NCBI GenBank assembly: GCA_034226945.1
Contig: CP120461.1
Span: forward strand, 868,001 to 932,000
Length of the DNA stretch: 64,000 nucleotides
Direction: 5' to 3'
Source: Picochlorum sp. SENEW3
Lineage: Eukaryota
Each line of letters opens with the position of its first letter. Position 1 is the first letter of the stretch. Below the pieces are notes generated by a model. The model was not told the origin of the DNA, searched no databases, and saw nothing but the letters and a program-made list of their open reading frames with translations. A program made the position numbers and the translations under genes. Below are positions 11,180 to 22,900 of this stretch, one piece after another.

Positions 11180-11980
11180 ATGCGTACTCATGTGATGAGG
11201 AGGATGCATGCCAGTCTATCTGGGATGTGTGCCCGGACAGGCTTTGGTGCCCAGGGAAGACGGTCTCAGCTCGCCCACGGAACTGGTGGATTGATCATGG
11301 TGAGCACTCGAGTCTCATATCATTCCATGTCACGAGTAGTAGCTTTAGCATCGACGCGAGACAGTGATGTCTCTGTGGGACAGGGCAGTGCAGGCTCTGA
11401 TATGAATGCACCAGGGCAGACACTGGTGGAAGATGGATCTAGATTAGCATGGCAGAGGCCCGATCTGGCAGTGGTACTCGTCCATCCACAGATTCCTCAA
11501 AACTGTGGCAACATTGCTCGAACATGTGCAGCAACAAAGGTGGCATTGCATCTGGTGGGTCCTCTTGGCTTTGAACTGAATGATACAAAGTTGAAGAGGG
11601 CTGGGCTCGATTACTGGTCGTGGGTCGCCGTGAAAGTTCACCCAGATATAGAATCCTTCTTAGAGTTTTACTCGGGGTTGCACGGCGAAAAGAGCTTGGT
11701 GGCGTTTAGCAAGTTTGGAGACAAACATTATGCTGCAGAGGGCTTGTACAAGGAGCAGTTGATGGATGGCAAGAGATACTTTTTAATGTTTGGAGCAGAG
11801 ACTACAGGATTACCAGATATCGCCCATGAAGCTGCAACTGATATTGTCAAGATTCCCATGCACAATTTCGAGCATGTGAGGAGTCTGAACCTGGCCACAT
11901 CTGTAGGAATTGGCTTGTTCGAAGCCCTCAGACAACGAGATGGGGCAGACTGCCTTCCGGAAATGAGCGATACTGAATGA
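11180..11980 (+). CDS. trmL: TrmL-type SPOUT tRNA (C/U34 2'-O)-methyltransferase, likely organellar
   Basis: VVLVHPQIPQNCGNIARTC, LKRAGLDYW, FGAETTGLP, VRSLNLATS. Confidence 0.9.
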   Translation: MRTHVMRRMHASLSGMCARTGFGAQGRRSQLAHGTGGLIMVSTRVSYHSMSRVVALASTRDSDVSVGQGSAGSDMNAPGQTLVEDGSRLAWQRPDLAVVLVHPQIPQNCGNIARTCAATKVALHLVGPLGFELNDTKLKRAGLDYWSWVAVKVHPDIESFLEFYSGLHGEKSLVAFSKFGDKHYAAEGLYKEQLMDGKRYFLMFGAETTGLPDIAHEAATDIVKIPMHNFEHVRSLNLATSVGIGLFEALRQRDGADCLPEMSDTE

Positions 11981-12311
11981 CACCGTTGCCTCTCTGTATT
12001 CCATAATTTAATACCTCGCACATAAATTGAAACAATCAAGCGTACAATCGCCATCATTCCAGAGCGGTTCTATCCCGACGCAAGTACACATGAGTTCCCT
12101 AAGACCGACAATGCCATGCACAGGGCGAATGGGGTCAAAAGCACGGCTGATGGATTATGGCAGGGTATGTTGGCATGAAATGACATCTAGATGACGCATT
12201 GATGGGTGTTATAGTACTGTATCGGCATTCGTTGAGAAATGTGCGAATGAAACCCTAATGGCTAGAGCAATAAAACACGATTGGCTGATTGATGGATGCA
12301 CCTGGCTGCAG

Positions 12312-13778
12312 ATGATTTCCAAAACCAATGCTAGTGTTGCTCTGGGAATGGTAACTCGTCATAGAAGGGATAGATTGGTGTGCTCTGCTGCTGAGGGGGA
12401 GCCCAAAAAGTTGTGGGGAGGGAGGTTTACGGGGGAGACTGATCCATTGATGGAGAAATTCAATGAATCTCTGCCAATGGATAGAAGGATGTATGCGGAG
12501 GATATTCTGGGAAGCAAAGCGTATGCAAGAGCTCTGTCAAAGGCAGGGGTTTTGACAACTGAAGAGGCTGCCAAGATTATCGAAGGTCTGTCCATGGTAG
12601 ATAACGAGTGGGGAGAAGGACGGTTTGATGTCAAGCCTGGGGATGAGGATATTCATACGGCTAATGAGAGGCGTTTGGTTGAGTTGATTGGGCCTGTTGG
12701 AGGAAAGCTTCACACAGGAAGGAGTCGCAATGATCAGGTGGCAACGGATACCAGGCTTTGGCTTTTGTCTCAGTTGTTGGAAATCAAAGCGTGTCTGACA
12801 GAGTTGATCAAGGTTGCTGCTGATCGAGCCGAGGCTGAAGTCGATGTCATCATGCCTGGGTTCACCCATTTGCAGCCAGCACAGACTGTGCGCTGGTCTC
12901 ACTGGTTGATGGCGCATGCTGCTGCGTGGCAGCGAGATTTGATGCGTCTCGAAGACCTCCTCCCTCGTGTAGCGACCTTGCCTCTTGGGAGTGGCGCCCT
13001 CGCCGGAAATCCATTTGGTCTCGACAGACAGCTCCTTGCAGAGGAATTGGGATTCTTTGGAGGTGTCTGCCCAAATTCAATGGACGCTGTCTCTGATCGC
13101 GATTTTGTTGCAGAGACGGCATTCTTCGGCGCGCTTCACCTCACTCACTTGTCTCGTTGGGCAGAGGATTTGATCATTTATTCCTCTGGAGCATATGGGT
13201 ATGTCCAGTGCAGTGATGCCTATGCAACCGGATCCAGTTTGATGCCCCAGAAAAAGAATCCTGATGCATTAGAATTAATCCGTGGAAAAGGAGGCAAAAT
13301 GATCGGAAACGTGTCGGGTTTGTTGGCTGTCATCAAAGGAACTCCGTTGACCTACAACAAGGATCTACAGGAGGGATGGGACATCATGTATGAGACTGTT
13401 GATACCCTCCAGGATTGCATTCGCATTTCCATCGGTGTTCTTAGTACGATAAAGATCAACCCAGAGAAAATGAAGGCTGGACTCTCGGCCGATATGCTGG
13501 CCACAGATTTGGCCGAGTACCTAGTCCGCAAAGGTGTCCCCTTTAGGGAGACACACCACATCTCTGGAGAAGCCGTCAAGATGGCAGAAGATAGAGGCTG
13601 TGCCCTGAGTGATCTGACAGTCGATGATTTGAAAACCATCAATCCTCTATTTGAAGCAGATGTTGTTGACGTGTGGGACTTCCAGCGATCAGCAGAGATG
13701 AGAGACACAGAAGGAGGTGCCAGCACACGCTCTGTTTTGGAACAAGTGCAGAAACTGAGATCCTATATTGGGTCCTGA
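12312..13778 (+). CDS. argH: Argininosuccinate lyase (plastid); the ORF track starts at 12258 but the ATG at 12312 after a ctgcag acceptor is more likely
   Basis: LWGGRF, HTGRSRNDQVATD, MPGFTHLQ, GSSLMPQKKNPD, YNKDLQE. Confidence 0.97.
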   Translation: MISKTNASVALGMVTRHRRDRLVCSAAEGEPKKLWGGRFTGETDPLMEKFNESLPMDRRMYAEDILGSKAYARALSKAGVLTTEEAAKIIEGLSMVDNEWGEGRFDVKPGDEDIHTANERRLVELIGPVGGKLHTGRSRNDQVATDTRLWLLSQLLEIKACLTELIKVAADRAEAEVDVIMPGFTHLQPAQTVRWSHWLMAHAAAWQRDLMRLEDLLPRVATLPLGSGALAGNPFGLDRQLLAEELGFFGGVCPNSMDAVSDRDFVAETAFFGALHLTHLSRWAEDLIIYSSGAYGYVQCSDAYATGSSLMPQKKNPDALELIRGKGGKMIGNVSGLLAVIKGTPLTYNKDLQEGWDIMYETVDTLQDCIRISIGVLSTIKINPEKMKAGLSADMLATDLAEYLVRKGVPFRETHHISGEAVKMAEDRGCALSDLTVDDLKTINPLFEADVVDVWDFQRSAEMRDTEGGASTRSVLEQVQKLRSYIGS

Positions 13779-14126
13779 TTGCCATGGTTGATATGGCAAT
13801 TTTTGGTGATGATTATATATCGATGTGGTATCAACACACGCAGTATAGATTATATATACTAGTCCTGTGATATCATTGCAATGACACTTGTGACAATGCA
13901 CCCACCCCAACTATAATTAATTGGGGTGAGCCTTGCAAGCTTGCAGGCTACTACTCTGTGGCCCGTATGAGAGCCTCTGGGAGAGGTATAGAATCCTGCT
14001 GATCCGTTGTTGGTTCCGGCATCGCTCGGTAACGCTGTATTGTCATTTAAAATTATTTTTAGTATCATTTCATAGGGAATCGAGTCCGCATAGCCCTGTA
14101 CCTGAGCAACCCTAGGTTCAAACATC

Positions 14127-15333
14127 ATGGCCTGCATTCAACCACGACACTCGGAACTGATCCGATCAGTCCTATTATGTGTCATACTTTGCATAATATT
14201 CAGTCCATTTGCGAACGCTGGGTGTAAAAAGAGAAAAGCAAGGAACGTGTTGCCTGAGGAGTTGTCTCTGAATGCTGAACGGTACCAACAGCAGGAGGTG
14301 GATGTTTCTGGTCTGCCAAAGGAATTCTCCTGGCTTGATGTGGATGGGAAGAACCTGTTGGCGCCATCTTGGAATCAGCATATTCCTCAGTACTGCGGAA
14401 GCTGTTGGCTTCATGGAACTCTGTCCATGATTCAGGACAGGCTTAAAATTCAAAAGAAGGGCATTGGCCCAGATGTGATGTTGGCCAGACAGTCGCTGCT
14501 CAATTGCGCTGCGTTTCATGATTATGGGGCAGGGTGCGATGGAGGGGATGTGATAGACGTCCTCCGGTATATGGCGCACTATGGCTTGCCAGATGAGTCA
14601 TGTCAGCCATATGCAGCTACAGATCATACAAAGTATGGGAAGAAGGCGAAAAAGTGTCCAGCGGCGGGGTACTGCTCGAATTGTATGACGATTGATGAAA
14701 AAGATACATGCTGGCCGGTCAAATCCCCGATTCGGTACTATTTAGATTCATATGGGACGGTGAAAGCTCCAGGTGAGGAGGCAATGATGCAGGAGCTTTT
14801 CAAAGGGGGGCCATTGACCTGTTCAATGGCGACTCCCGAGACGTTTGATTATGGATACCATGGTGGTGTCTATATGGATCAATTCCATAACAGTACAGAT
14901 GTTGATCACGATGTGGAGGTAGTTGGATGGGGAGAGACAGAGAAGGGGCAAAAATACTGGCTTGTGAGGTGCGTGTGTACATTTTTTGCTTCTCTGTTGG
15001 CAATGGTGTGTGTATCAATTATTTTGTTACATGTGTAGGAATTCTTGGGGTACCTACTGGGGAGAGCTAGGATTTTTCAAGATTGAGAGGGGAACAAATG
15101 CCCTCCAGTTGGAAGCTGGAGATTGTTGGTGGGCAGTCCCCACATGGAAGGATGAGAAAGATGTTCGTGATGGAAAGTTGGTGGGAACAATGTGGGGAGT
15201 ATTTACTCCAGAGGAGGCATCCAAGATGAAGCCAGAGGCTGGAACAAAGCCCCATGAGGATGGTGCCTCATCTCTTGAACAAGAGCAACACGACACTTCT
15301 TCTTCTTCTTTCAAGCGGGTGCAACCCTTTTAA
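14127..15333 (+). CDS. Cathepsin X/Z-like papain-family cysteine protease; intron 14969-15038
   Basis: Signal peptide; NQHIPQYCGSCW (cathepsin X insertion), DHDVEVVGWG, and RNSWG rebuilt across the intron. Confidence 0.9.
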
Positions 15334-15392
15334 TTTCGATTATATACGAGTTTCTCGGAAAACCAAAATAGTACCTGATGGTGACGGTACAT

Positions 15393-16628
15393 TTATGCTG
15401 CTCTGCGGCGCCCACTGGCACCAGGTGTACTCGAAATAGAGTCGATTCCAAAGGTATGCGGGTCTCCCTGTCTCAGTTTCGATCGAACACTTGGAAGTGC
15501 ATAATTGATTGGTTTACGTCTTCTTAAAGACGATCTTATGGATTTCGGCTCGGTGTAGCAAGCTTCTTGGTCTAGTCTTTTTGTGTTGCCATCAGATTTC
15601 CTCCAGCTGCATGGCAAGTGTTTGGCTCAGTATGTCGTATTCTTTTCCGTGTAATATATATACAAGCAAAATCAATAGTAAAGAAAGATATCGCACCTTT
15701 CTGAAGCCTTCTTCCTCCCAGTCGTCCTCGCCTCTTCGTAGAAGAGCTCCTGTACAGGTGCCTCTTTTGTATTGAGAGGTGCGGAATGCACAACAGCATG
15801 CTTTGGTGTCTGAAACCCATTTGTTGAGAATGCATCACCTTCCGATGATACGAACGAGGTGATATCTTCATGTGCTGCAGTATCTTTAGAAGAAGGAGAT
15901 ATTCGCCTCTCCAACAAAGGTTCCCTCCTCCCACTGTTCTTTTGCAAGGCATCCAATCGCAATAACACTGGAGTTGGCCATTGCTGATGCCCAACGTTTC
16001 GTGGCTCTCCTCCACCTTTTTCACCCAGATCTTTTTCATCATCGTTTTGAGATATTCTCCTGCTACAGATTGCCCTGGCAGGTTTCCTCAATGACACATG
16101 CGAAGCATCAAGAGCACCCAACCTCTCATGCAGCCCTGCTTGATGGCGTCCCTCTCGTTCCCTCACCTCGTCAATATTTTCTTTTTCCTCCATACATATA
16201 CTACGTGTAGTTTTATGGGTATCGTCTTCACGGTGACTGCCCTCGTATGACTTCATAATATCCAGCAATTGAGCATACTTTTCTTGGAGAGCCTCAAGGT
16301 TCCCAACCAAAGCCCTCTCTCGATCTTCCTTCTCCTTCACCACAGCCTTCATCCCCTCAATCACGCTCTTGTACTCGAGTTCCTTCACATTGGATAATGC
16401 CATACGACTCCGCATCATATGTCCAAGGGCATCATGCTCCTTCCGCAGAATTTCGCACTGGGCAAGAAGATACTGATTTTCGCGTGCCATGACTCTATTT
16501 ACATCAAGTAATCCTTGAATTTTACTTTCGTATTCGCTCGTATCCGGGCTCGAGGAATCCACACCCGGACGACTCTGTAGCACGCGTTTCTGTTCTTCTT
16601 GGAGTGCGGTTTTCAACACAGCGGGCAT
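15393..16628 (-). CDS. Shugoshin-like protein; intron 15696-15607
   Basis: N-terminal coiled coil; after a phase-2 intron the C-terminus RRRKPINYALPSVRSKLRQGDP matches the SGO basic motif (RR..V.Y.EPSL..KLR.GD). Confidence 0.65.
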
Positions 16629-16813
16629 TCTCTCTATTAAGCACTCGACTCACGTGTCAATTATTACATAAACAGTTCTTATAAAATCAAAAGATTTTTT
16701 AATACATTCATCAGTTCATTCACTGCTGCATTCCTGTTCGTTTTCCCAACAAACATCTGTCATGAATCAGATTCCTTGCATGGGCTCATGCAAGGAAAGA
16801 AAAAAGAGCACAT

Positions 16814-17962
16814 TCACACCACCACAGTCTGAGATTTGTTCCGCAATATCATTGAACTCATTTGACTATTGTTAACGTAGATTAAACAGTCATCGTCATC
16901 CCGAATGACACAGGTTGTTGGACTGACAACCTCTACAATGCCACTGACAACAACACCTCCTCCAGAGGAGAGCAATTCCACGTGATCTCCAATCACGAGG
17001 CATCTGCTCGAGTAAATCGCTACACCAGAAACAATATTGGCAATCAGAGGCTGCGCTGCCAAACCCACTATAATAGAAGAAGCTCCGAGTGATGTAAAGA
17101 TGGGCGTTGGATTAATGCCAATAGCAATCAAGGAAGCATACAGGGCAACCATCCATCCAAACACGGACGTTAAATTCTTAATGGAACCCATCAATCGACC
17201 GATGCCAATCGAAGCGTCCTTCTTTCTCTGTGTTTGTAAGGAATATTGCAGCTCTGTCAATAGATTGTCTTTCACTCTGAGAAGAGTCATGAGAGTAAAC
17301 AGAATAACGAGTATCTCACAGCCATCTTGGGCGATTTGTGCCATCCAATACACAATATCCGGTATTCGCTGATTAAACAGGAACGTGTGATCAGAAACAG
17401 CAGCTTGCTGCACAGTCTTTCCAGAAGATACATACAGCACATGTGCCACAGAAAACCCTATGGTCATCAACCTCATTATGGCGTATGCTGGAAAGAAGGC
17501 CGTTATGGACAGAGATATGGATCGAACACAGGATGCCACGGTCGATACGATGGCAGCGAAACCAGTTGTATTGGACCCATCCTCATTGGCACCATTTACA
17601 CGCCTCAACACCAACAGAGCTGCATGCGCCAATGCATACGGCACCACCGTGCTCAACAAACTTTCCCATACCATGTTTTGCCCCGCAGCAACGACACCAT
17701 CAGGATTTGCCTCCGCCACGCGAAGCAACTCCCGTAATACTGGAACTCCAGTCTTTCCCACCTGCTCAGTCATCTCCTGAACAAGGGGATCCAGGTGTGC
17801 TCCGGCTCTGGAAATAACCCTCAGCTTCTTACATGCCCTTGAGGTGCATCTTCCCCTGATTGCATACACATTCTTGGTACCAACCACGATGACATGGCCA
17901 CGTGGCTTGAACGCCCCATGCGTCCCATTCTGATGACCCCGCACACAGTCCATGGCCACCAT
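16814..17962 (-). CDS. MscS-like mechanosensitive ion channel, probably plastid-targeted
   Basis: TM segments ending SLGASSIIVGLAAQPLIANIVSG, then IGDHV, GIVEVV and YVNNSQM of the MscS middle beta domain. Confidence 0.8.
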   Translation of the reverse strand: MVAMDCVRGHQNGTHGAFKPRGHVIVVGTKNVYAIRGRCTSRACKKLRVISRAGAHLDPLVQEMTEQVGKTGVPVLRELLRVAEANPDGVVAAGQNMVWESLLSTVVPYALAHAALLVLRRVNGANEDGSNTTGFAAIVSTVASCVRSISLSITAFFPAYAIMRLMTIGFSVAHVLYVSSGKTVQQAAVSDHTFLFNQRIPDIVYWMAQIAQDGCEILVILFTLMTLLRVKDNLLTELQYSLQTQRKKDASIGIGRLMGSIKNLTSVFGWMVALYASLIAIGINPTPIFTSLGASSIIVGLAAQPLIANIVSGVAIYSSRCLVIGDHVELLSSGGGVVVSGIVEVVSPTTCVIRDDDDCLIYVNNSQMSSMILRNKSQTVVV

Positions 17963-18593
17963 CCAAGATTACATAACAAAATCATAAAGGATCAGATTGG
18001 CAAAGGCGATGTCGGTTCAGACCAACCTTGAATGTATTCCTTAAAAAGACATGTAAATACCCGCGGCCGTGGTTCTAGATCTGCTTCGAGAATCACAGTC
18101 GTCAACAAGAGGAGCAGGCGCTCTTCCACTATGCCATTCTCTATTCAGATTTTGAATCAATTAAAAAATTCAAAACCGTCTATCTTCAGAAAGATTTCAT
18201 TGTCAGTTCTCTTTTGGACACTAGTAGTCGCGTGTTCATTTCCACTCAGATATTTGGTATGTGTAACTGAGGCAATGTATGAAACATATCGATTGAATGA
18301 TATATTTTTGTATAATGTGTCATTGGAACGGGTTCGGTGGGGTAGAAATAGGTGGGAATTTGTATCACCTTCTGGGAATGTGAGACCTACGTCCGAGGGT
18401 GTAGGAGGTTTGTCTCAATGGGGGTTTGCCATTGTGGGACACGGTCGGGTATCATGATATCTCATATTTGATGATTCTGTGTGCAGTAGAGGTGTAGCAT
18501 TCAATCATAGTAGTAGAGCCGTCGACAGGTTGTAGATAGAAGTTTGTTTCGATCAAAGAGTGTTTCTGTCCGGACGCGATTGACGATTTCAGA

Positions 18594-19433
18594 ATGTATT
18601 CGAAGAAGAGGTCTGAAGAGGGAATGCCGAAGCATGCCACATCAGAAAAAAGTGTCAAATATGTAGTTGATGAAGAAGTTGAGTTTGACGAGCTTGACAT
18701 ATACGGGGATGATCAGCATGAAGGAAACCCTGCGGGGGAGGCTGATGTGCACTCCAGCGAGGTTGATGTTGCTTCTGGGGTTGTGCTACCATATTCTGAC
18801 GAGGAAGAAGATGCTCTGAGTTTGGAAGATGAGCAGGATAAAGTTGTAGCTGGCGCAGGGGTGAGTATACCCCAAAGGGAGAAGAAGGATGATGCATCCA
18901 GCAACCTGGGGTCCCTGCCAAAATTCTCCCCGAGAGCTGAAACAGATGGGATTGCCATGTCCCTGCCCGGGACTCATTTGCTGACTCGTTTTCATTCAAG
19001 TACTCAGCAAGAAGCAGATGCTGCCTTGATGGGAACATCTGCTCCGATCAGAATTCCAAAAGTCCAGAGGAAGGCTATTTTGGAAGGCTCTCCAGGGATG
19101 GCAGCTCGAACAGGGCTGGGAGCTGATTTTGTCCCTCCACATCTTTTGGAAGACAATGCCGAAAACTTTGGTTTACTTTCTCCATCAACATCAATCAAAA
19201 GGGAAAAGCTAGTTGCTCGAAATGCAATTTTGAGATCCACAGGTTTCATTGAAGTACAGTCATTTACTGCACCAACGAGCGAGATTATCGATGCTGTCAA
19301 GGAGAGTGTCATGCCAGAAACCACGAGTCCATCTCGCACAGCATCTGAAGCACTCGAGATTAAGAACAAACAAATGTCTCCCAGAAAGCCAATGGCATCG
19401 TCCTTGACAGCAATGTTGAGCACATCAAAGTAA
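18594..19433 (+). CDS. S40 senescence-regulator family protein (DUF584)
   Basis: EFDELDIY, TSAPIRIP, FVPPHLL, RNAILRSTGFIE motifs. Confidence 0.75.
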   Translation: MYSKKRSEEGMPKHATSEKSVKYVVDEEVEFDELDIYGDDQHEGNPAGEADVHSSEVDVASGVVLPYSDEEEDALSLEDEQDKVVAGAGVSIPQREKKDDASSNLGSLPKFSPRAETDGIAMSLPGTHLLTRFHSSTQQEADAALMGTSAPIRIPKVQRKAILEGSPGMAARTGLGADFVPPHLLEDNAENFGLLSPSTSIKREKLVARNAILRSTGFIEVQSFTAPTSEIIDAVKESVMPETTSPSRTASEALEIKNKQMSPRKPMASSLTAMLSTSK

Positions 19434-20128
19434 TAATGATATGTGGATTACATCCCACTACAATAATACAGTGTCTGTCCTGATGGTCCAAATAATAATT
19501 CGGGCAGCGCGTCAATTTTCAGAGCGACTACATTCTTGTGTATCATTATGGATGTATGAATGGAAGCAGTGTACTCCATGCCACAAATAAAAAAAATGTC
19601 GAAATAAAATTAAAAAAATGCGTTGTCAATGTTTTTCCCATACGCACGTGTAACTTCTACTATTACTATTACGTTTGATTACTCACCACCATGGAGCGTT
19701 GAACACACCTCGTTATAGTATCACGAGGTTTCATTCCCATGTTGCTGACATCGCGTTGCCTTGCCGCATACATGCACCACCCAGCAGACTGGTGCAGATT
19801 ATGATGCTGGTGATGAGCACCGCGGACAATACACGATCGAATGGAACGATACTACATGCGTAACACCACATGGTGCTGTGGTTCAAAGAAGTATTCTGAT
19901 ACTACTGTTTAAATTTACGTTTCAGTAATTGTTATTTCCAGCAAGTATTCCTTTACGGTACGTGCAATACTTTTGACACCACCCCGCCGCTCCTCTCTGG
20001 GCGAGTACTGCTATTCGCGTGAACAGATGATTGCCCGCACGGGTCTTCCCCCGACATGAATTTTTGAAATAAACTCGTTTAGTACAATAAAAGTATGAAT
20101 CTTTGCCCGCAGGTTTCGATTGATCGCC

Positions 20129-20668
20129 ATGAATATCTCAACGCGCGTCCTCTCAGGACTGGCTGTGCTCCTCGTCGCCGCGTCTGCCGTGGTCGCCGTG
20201 CCTTGTCCTCACAACAGGAACATCATCACGTGCTGTGCCTCAGCCAGACCAACCTACAGCAATGGCAAAGTTATCAGATGGACATGCAACCAGTGTGACG
20301 ATGGATACAGGCGCTCCAGCAATGGGCAGCAGTGCATCCAGCAGAGGAGTAACCAATGCGGCCGTGGACAAGGCCGGGATTACTATGGCAACTGCGTCTC
20401 ATGTTCTGATGACAACTGCCAGACATGCTCTCAGCTTTGGACATTCTGCAATCAATGCAAAGATGGATATGTCACAAACAGCAATGGTGAATGCGAGTCA
20501 TATGATCCTTGCGGCCGTGGAGAGGGTCTGGACTACAGTGGCAATTGCGTTGATTGCGTCGATGAGAACTGCCAACAATGCGGCTCATTGTGGACTCAAT
20601 GCACCAAGTGCAAGTCTGGATTCAGTCTGAATGACGACAAGGGTTGCGACCCACTGCTTTTGGGGTAG
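20129..20668 (+). CDS. Secreted Cys-rich protein with tandem furin-like (CxxC) repeats
   Basis: Hydrophobic signal peptide; two about 50-aa repeats CGRG.G.DY.GNCV.C.D.NCQ.C..LWT.C..CK.G. Confidence 0.7.
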   Translation: MNISTRVLSGLAVLLVAASAVVAVPCPHNRNIITCCASARPTYSNGKVIRWTCNQCDDGYRRSSNGQQCIQQRSNQCGRGQGRDYYGNCVSCSDDNCQTCSQLWTFCNQCKDGYVTNSNGECESYDPCGRGEGLDYSGNCVDCVDENCQQCGSLWTQCTKCKSGFSLNDDKGCDPLLLG

Positions 20669-21399
20669 ACATGCAACTTTTACATCTCAATGGCCACTCA
20701 AATGACTTGTTGAACGAGAGAGGCATATCACAGACCGATGCCTATATATTACCATATCATGGTTTTGAAGTAGGTGTAAAAATCAAAGAAACGAGAGACA
20801 TGGTTTGAAACACTCGTGATGATACCATCATGGTATTACCATGGGCATAAATGCCATGATGATGTGATCTCGACACTATAACGCACGCCATCGACGCCAA
20901 TCTCCCACTTCTATATCTATAAAAAAAGTATGTCATCACTATTGTCATCAAAATGATTCAAATACCCATCAAGTAAGGTTATCGAATCGACTAATAGCAC
21001 AGAGAACAAGAGCTTTGCATTGCAATCGAATGTGGTACGCACCTGGGTTGATTGATGCATCCATATGGTATGCCAATAGGTTTTTTTCTGGTATCGTGTT
21101 ATATTTGGTGGATCAAAGCCTGAGACATGGCTGATGGGGGGTTTGGAAACCAAAGCCCACATGCGTAACAACGACGACGGCATCACTCTTCTACACAGAC
21201 GGTTTTTTCCTCTTTGAGCGTTACGCATGTCATTTTCTATGTATAATATGGTATTGGGTGGGTCGAACGTATTGGGTGGAGGGCTCTGTGTGAGTTTCAG
21301 GGCTGGAGCGGAGTGCTCGCATGTCGGGGGATGCGCGTCGCCGGGTTTGGGAGTTTGATGAGGGTTTTCTGTGCTTGTAAGGATATATAATGTATTACT

Positions 21400-22785
21400 A
21401 TGACTTATATACGCATCTATGTAGGGTATTTGATGGCTGCTAGGGTGTGCAGTACGAAACAGGCTACCAAGGCTGTCCAGCAGCAGCGGCAGGCTGGTGT
21501 GGTTGGGGTGGCTCGGATGGGTAAGACGAGAAAGCGGCGTCAGGTGAAGGAGGAGATTGATATAGCGTATGAATATGTTGGGATGAAGAGGGCTGGTACG
21601 GTGATGATGAGTCGGAGTGGGAGGCAGGTGAAGCCAAAGGTGTATGCGGATGAGCTGGTTGGGGATGGTGCCTTTCTTGTCCAGATTGATTCCAAAACGA
21701 GGGATGTGGATGTTCATTCCAGTGCAGAAGATTGTGAATCGCCGATAGGGGAGGATACTCGAAGGCAGATTTTGGGAGATGATGATGGGAAGAAGACGAG
21801 CAGTGGTGGTCGACGTGGGGGCAAGTCTGGGAAGGGATCTGGGGGCGGGATATTCAAGGCTGCTGCTGTTTCAATATTACAGGAGGAAGGTAGGCTCATG
21901 TCGACTGGGGATATTGCAAAGTTAGCGTTACGGAGGGGGCTGATCAAGTGCAGTGGAAAGACACCAGAGGCGACAATGGCATCTGCATTGTACACGGATA
22001 TCAAGCGTAAAGTTGGTGAATCTACATTCATTCGTCCTCGAGAGGGCTTGTTTGGTTTGAAAGCGTGGGAAGAGCGGTATATGTGTGGAGAAGAGAGGCC
22101 TTGTGTGGGTTCTTCTGGAGCCAAGAATACAAGTAGTGCTCATGATGGGAATGCGAATGTGATCCCATATGATACGGTGGATAATGCTGCTGATGCGTCT
22201 AGAGAACATAATGTGAGAGAGCAGCAGGATGGGGGCGCAAGTGGGGCTCAGGGAGAAGATGCTCCTGCTGTGGGTTCTGCAAATGGGGGCATGGAGCGAC
22301 ACAATCCTCCCAGAGATGGACTGATTGATCTCTGGTCCGCTGCAGAGAAGATCAATCAAAAGAATAAAAGGCGAAAGGTTTTAATAACTGCTGTGGATGC
22401 ACCAGCGCGTGTTTCGCTGCCTGTCATGAGGAAAAAGGCCAGCATTATTGCAGATTCTGTGCCGCAAGAGCAGGAATCTGCAGGGGAAAAGGGATCAGTC
22501 GTTTTCAAGAAGGAGCCACAGCGAGAGGAAGCTTGTGTACAGTCACCAAGGAGAGAAACAATATGTAGTCATCAACACAAGGATGCGAGCATATGTATGG
22601 ATAGTGAGATGTGTGAAACAATGCTCTTTCAGCTTCGACTGATACGGTACTGTATTGAGAACCCGAATGATTCTTCCGAGGTTTGTGCTGAAAATGCTGT
22701 GAGAAAGATGGAGGACACGATCAAATCGTATTTGACGCAAATTACAGCACAAGAAGACTTGAACAATCGCACTGCCGAGATGTAA
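21400..22785 (+). CDS. HARE-HTH (HB1/ASXL/restriction endonuclease winged HTH) domain protein; exact start uncertain
   Basis: FKAAAVSILQEEGRLMSTGDIAKLALRRGLIKCSGKTPEATMASALYTDIKR...FIRPREGLFGL. Confidence 0.75.
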   Translation: MTYIRIYVGYLMAARVCSTKQATKAVQQQRQAGVVGVARMGKTRKRRQVKEEIDIAYEYVGMKRAGTVMMSRSGRQVKPKVYADELVGDGAFLVQIDSKTRDVDVHSSAEDCESPIGEDTRRQILGDDDGKKTSSGGRRGGKSGKGSGGGIFKAAAVSILQEEGRLMSTGDIAKLALRRGLIKCSGKTPEATMASALYTDIKRKVGESTFIRPREGLFGLKAWEERYMCGEERPCVGSSGAKNTSSAHDGNANVIPYDTVDNAADASREHNVREQQDGGASGAQGEDAPAVGSANGGMERHNPPRDGLIDLWSAAEKINQKNKRRKVLITAVDAPARVSLPVMRKKASIIADSVPQEQESAGEKGSVVFKKEPQREEACVQSPRRETICSHQHKDASICMDSEMCETMLFQLRLIRYCIENPNDSSEVCAENAVRKMEDTIKSYLTQITAQEDLNNRTAEM

Positions 22786-22900
22786 AGGAATGAAGTTTGC
22801 CATGCACATTATGGTGCTGCCGATAGATAAAATCTTGCTTTTTTTTTCAACGCTATGTTTCTTTAAAATAATGATACATCCATGCCTGTAAAGTAGTGTC

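Noticed and set aside
13903..13928. CACCCCAA-N10-TTGGGGTG hairpin after ASL
   Set aside because: An 8-bp stem with free loop length is expected by chance in 64 kb, and bacterial-type terminators do not apply here
18032..18457. 141-aa ORF between the MscS-like and S40 genes
   Set aside because: AT-rich divergent promoter or 5'UTR region with no recognisable domain
20917..21717. 266-aa His/Pro-rich minus-strand ORF
   Set aside because: Antisense to the G-rich start and upstream region of the HARE-HTH gene; no motifs
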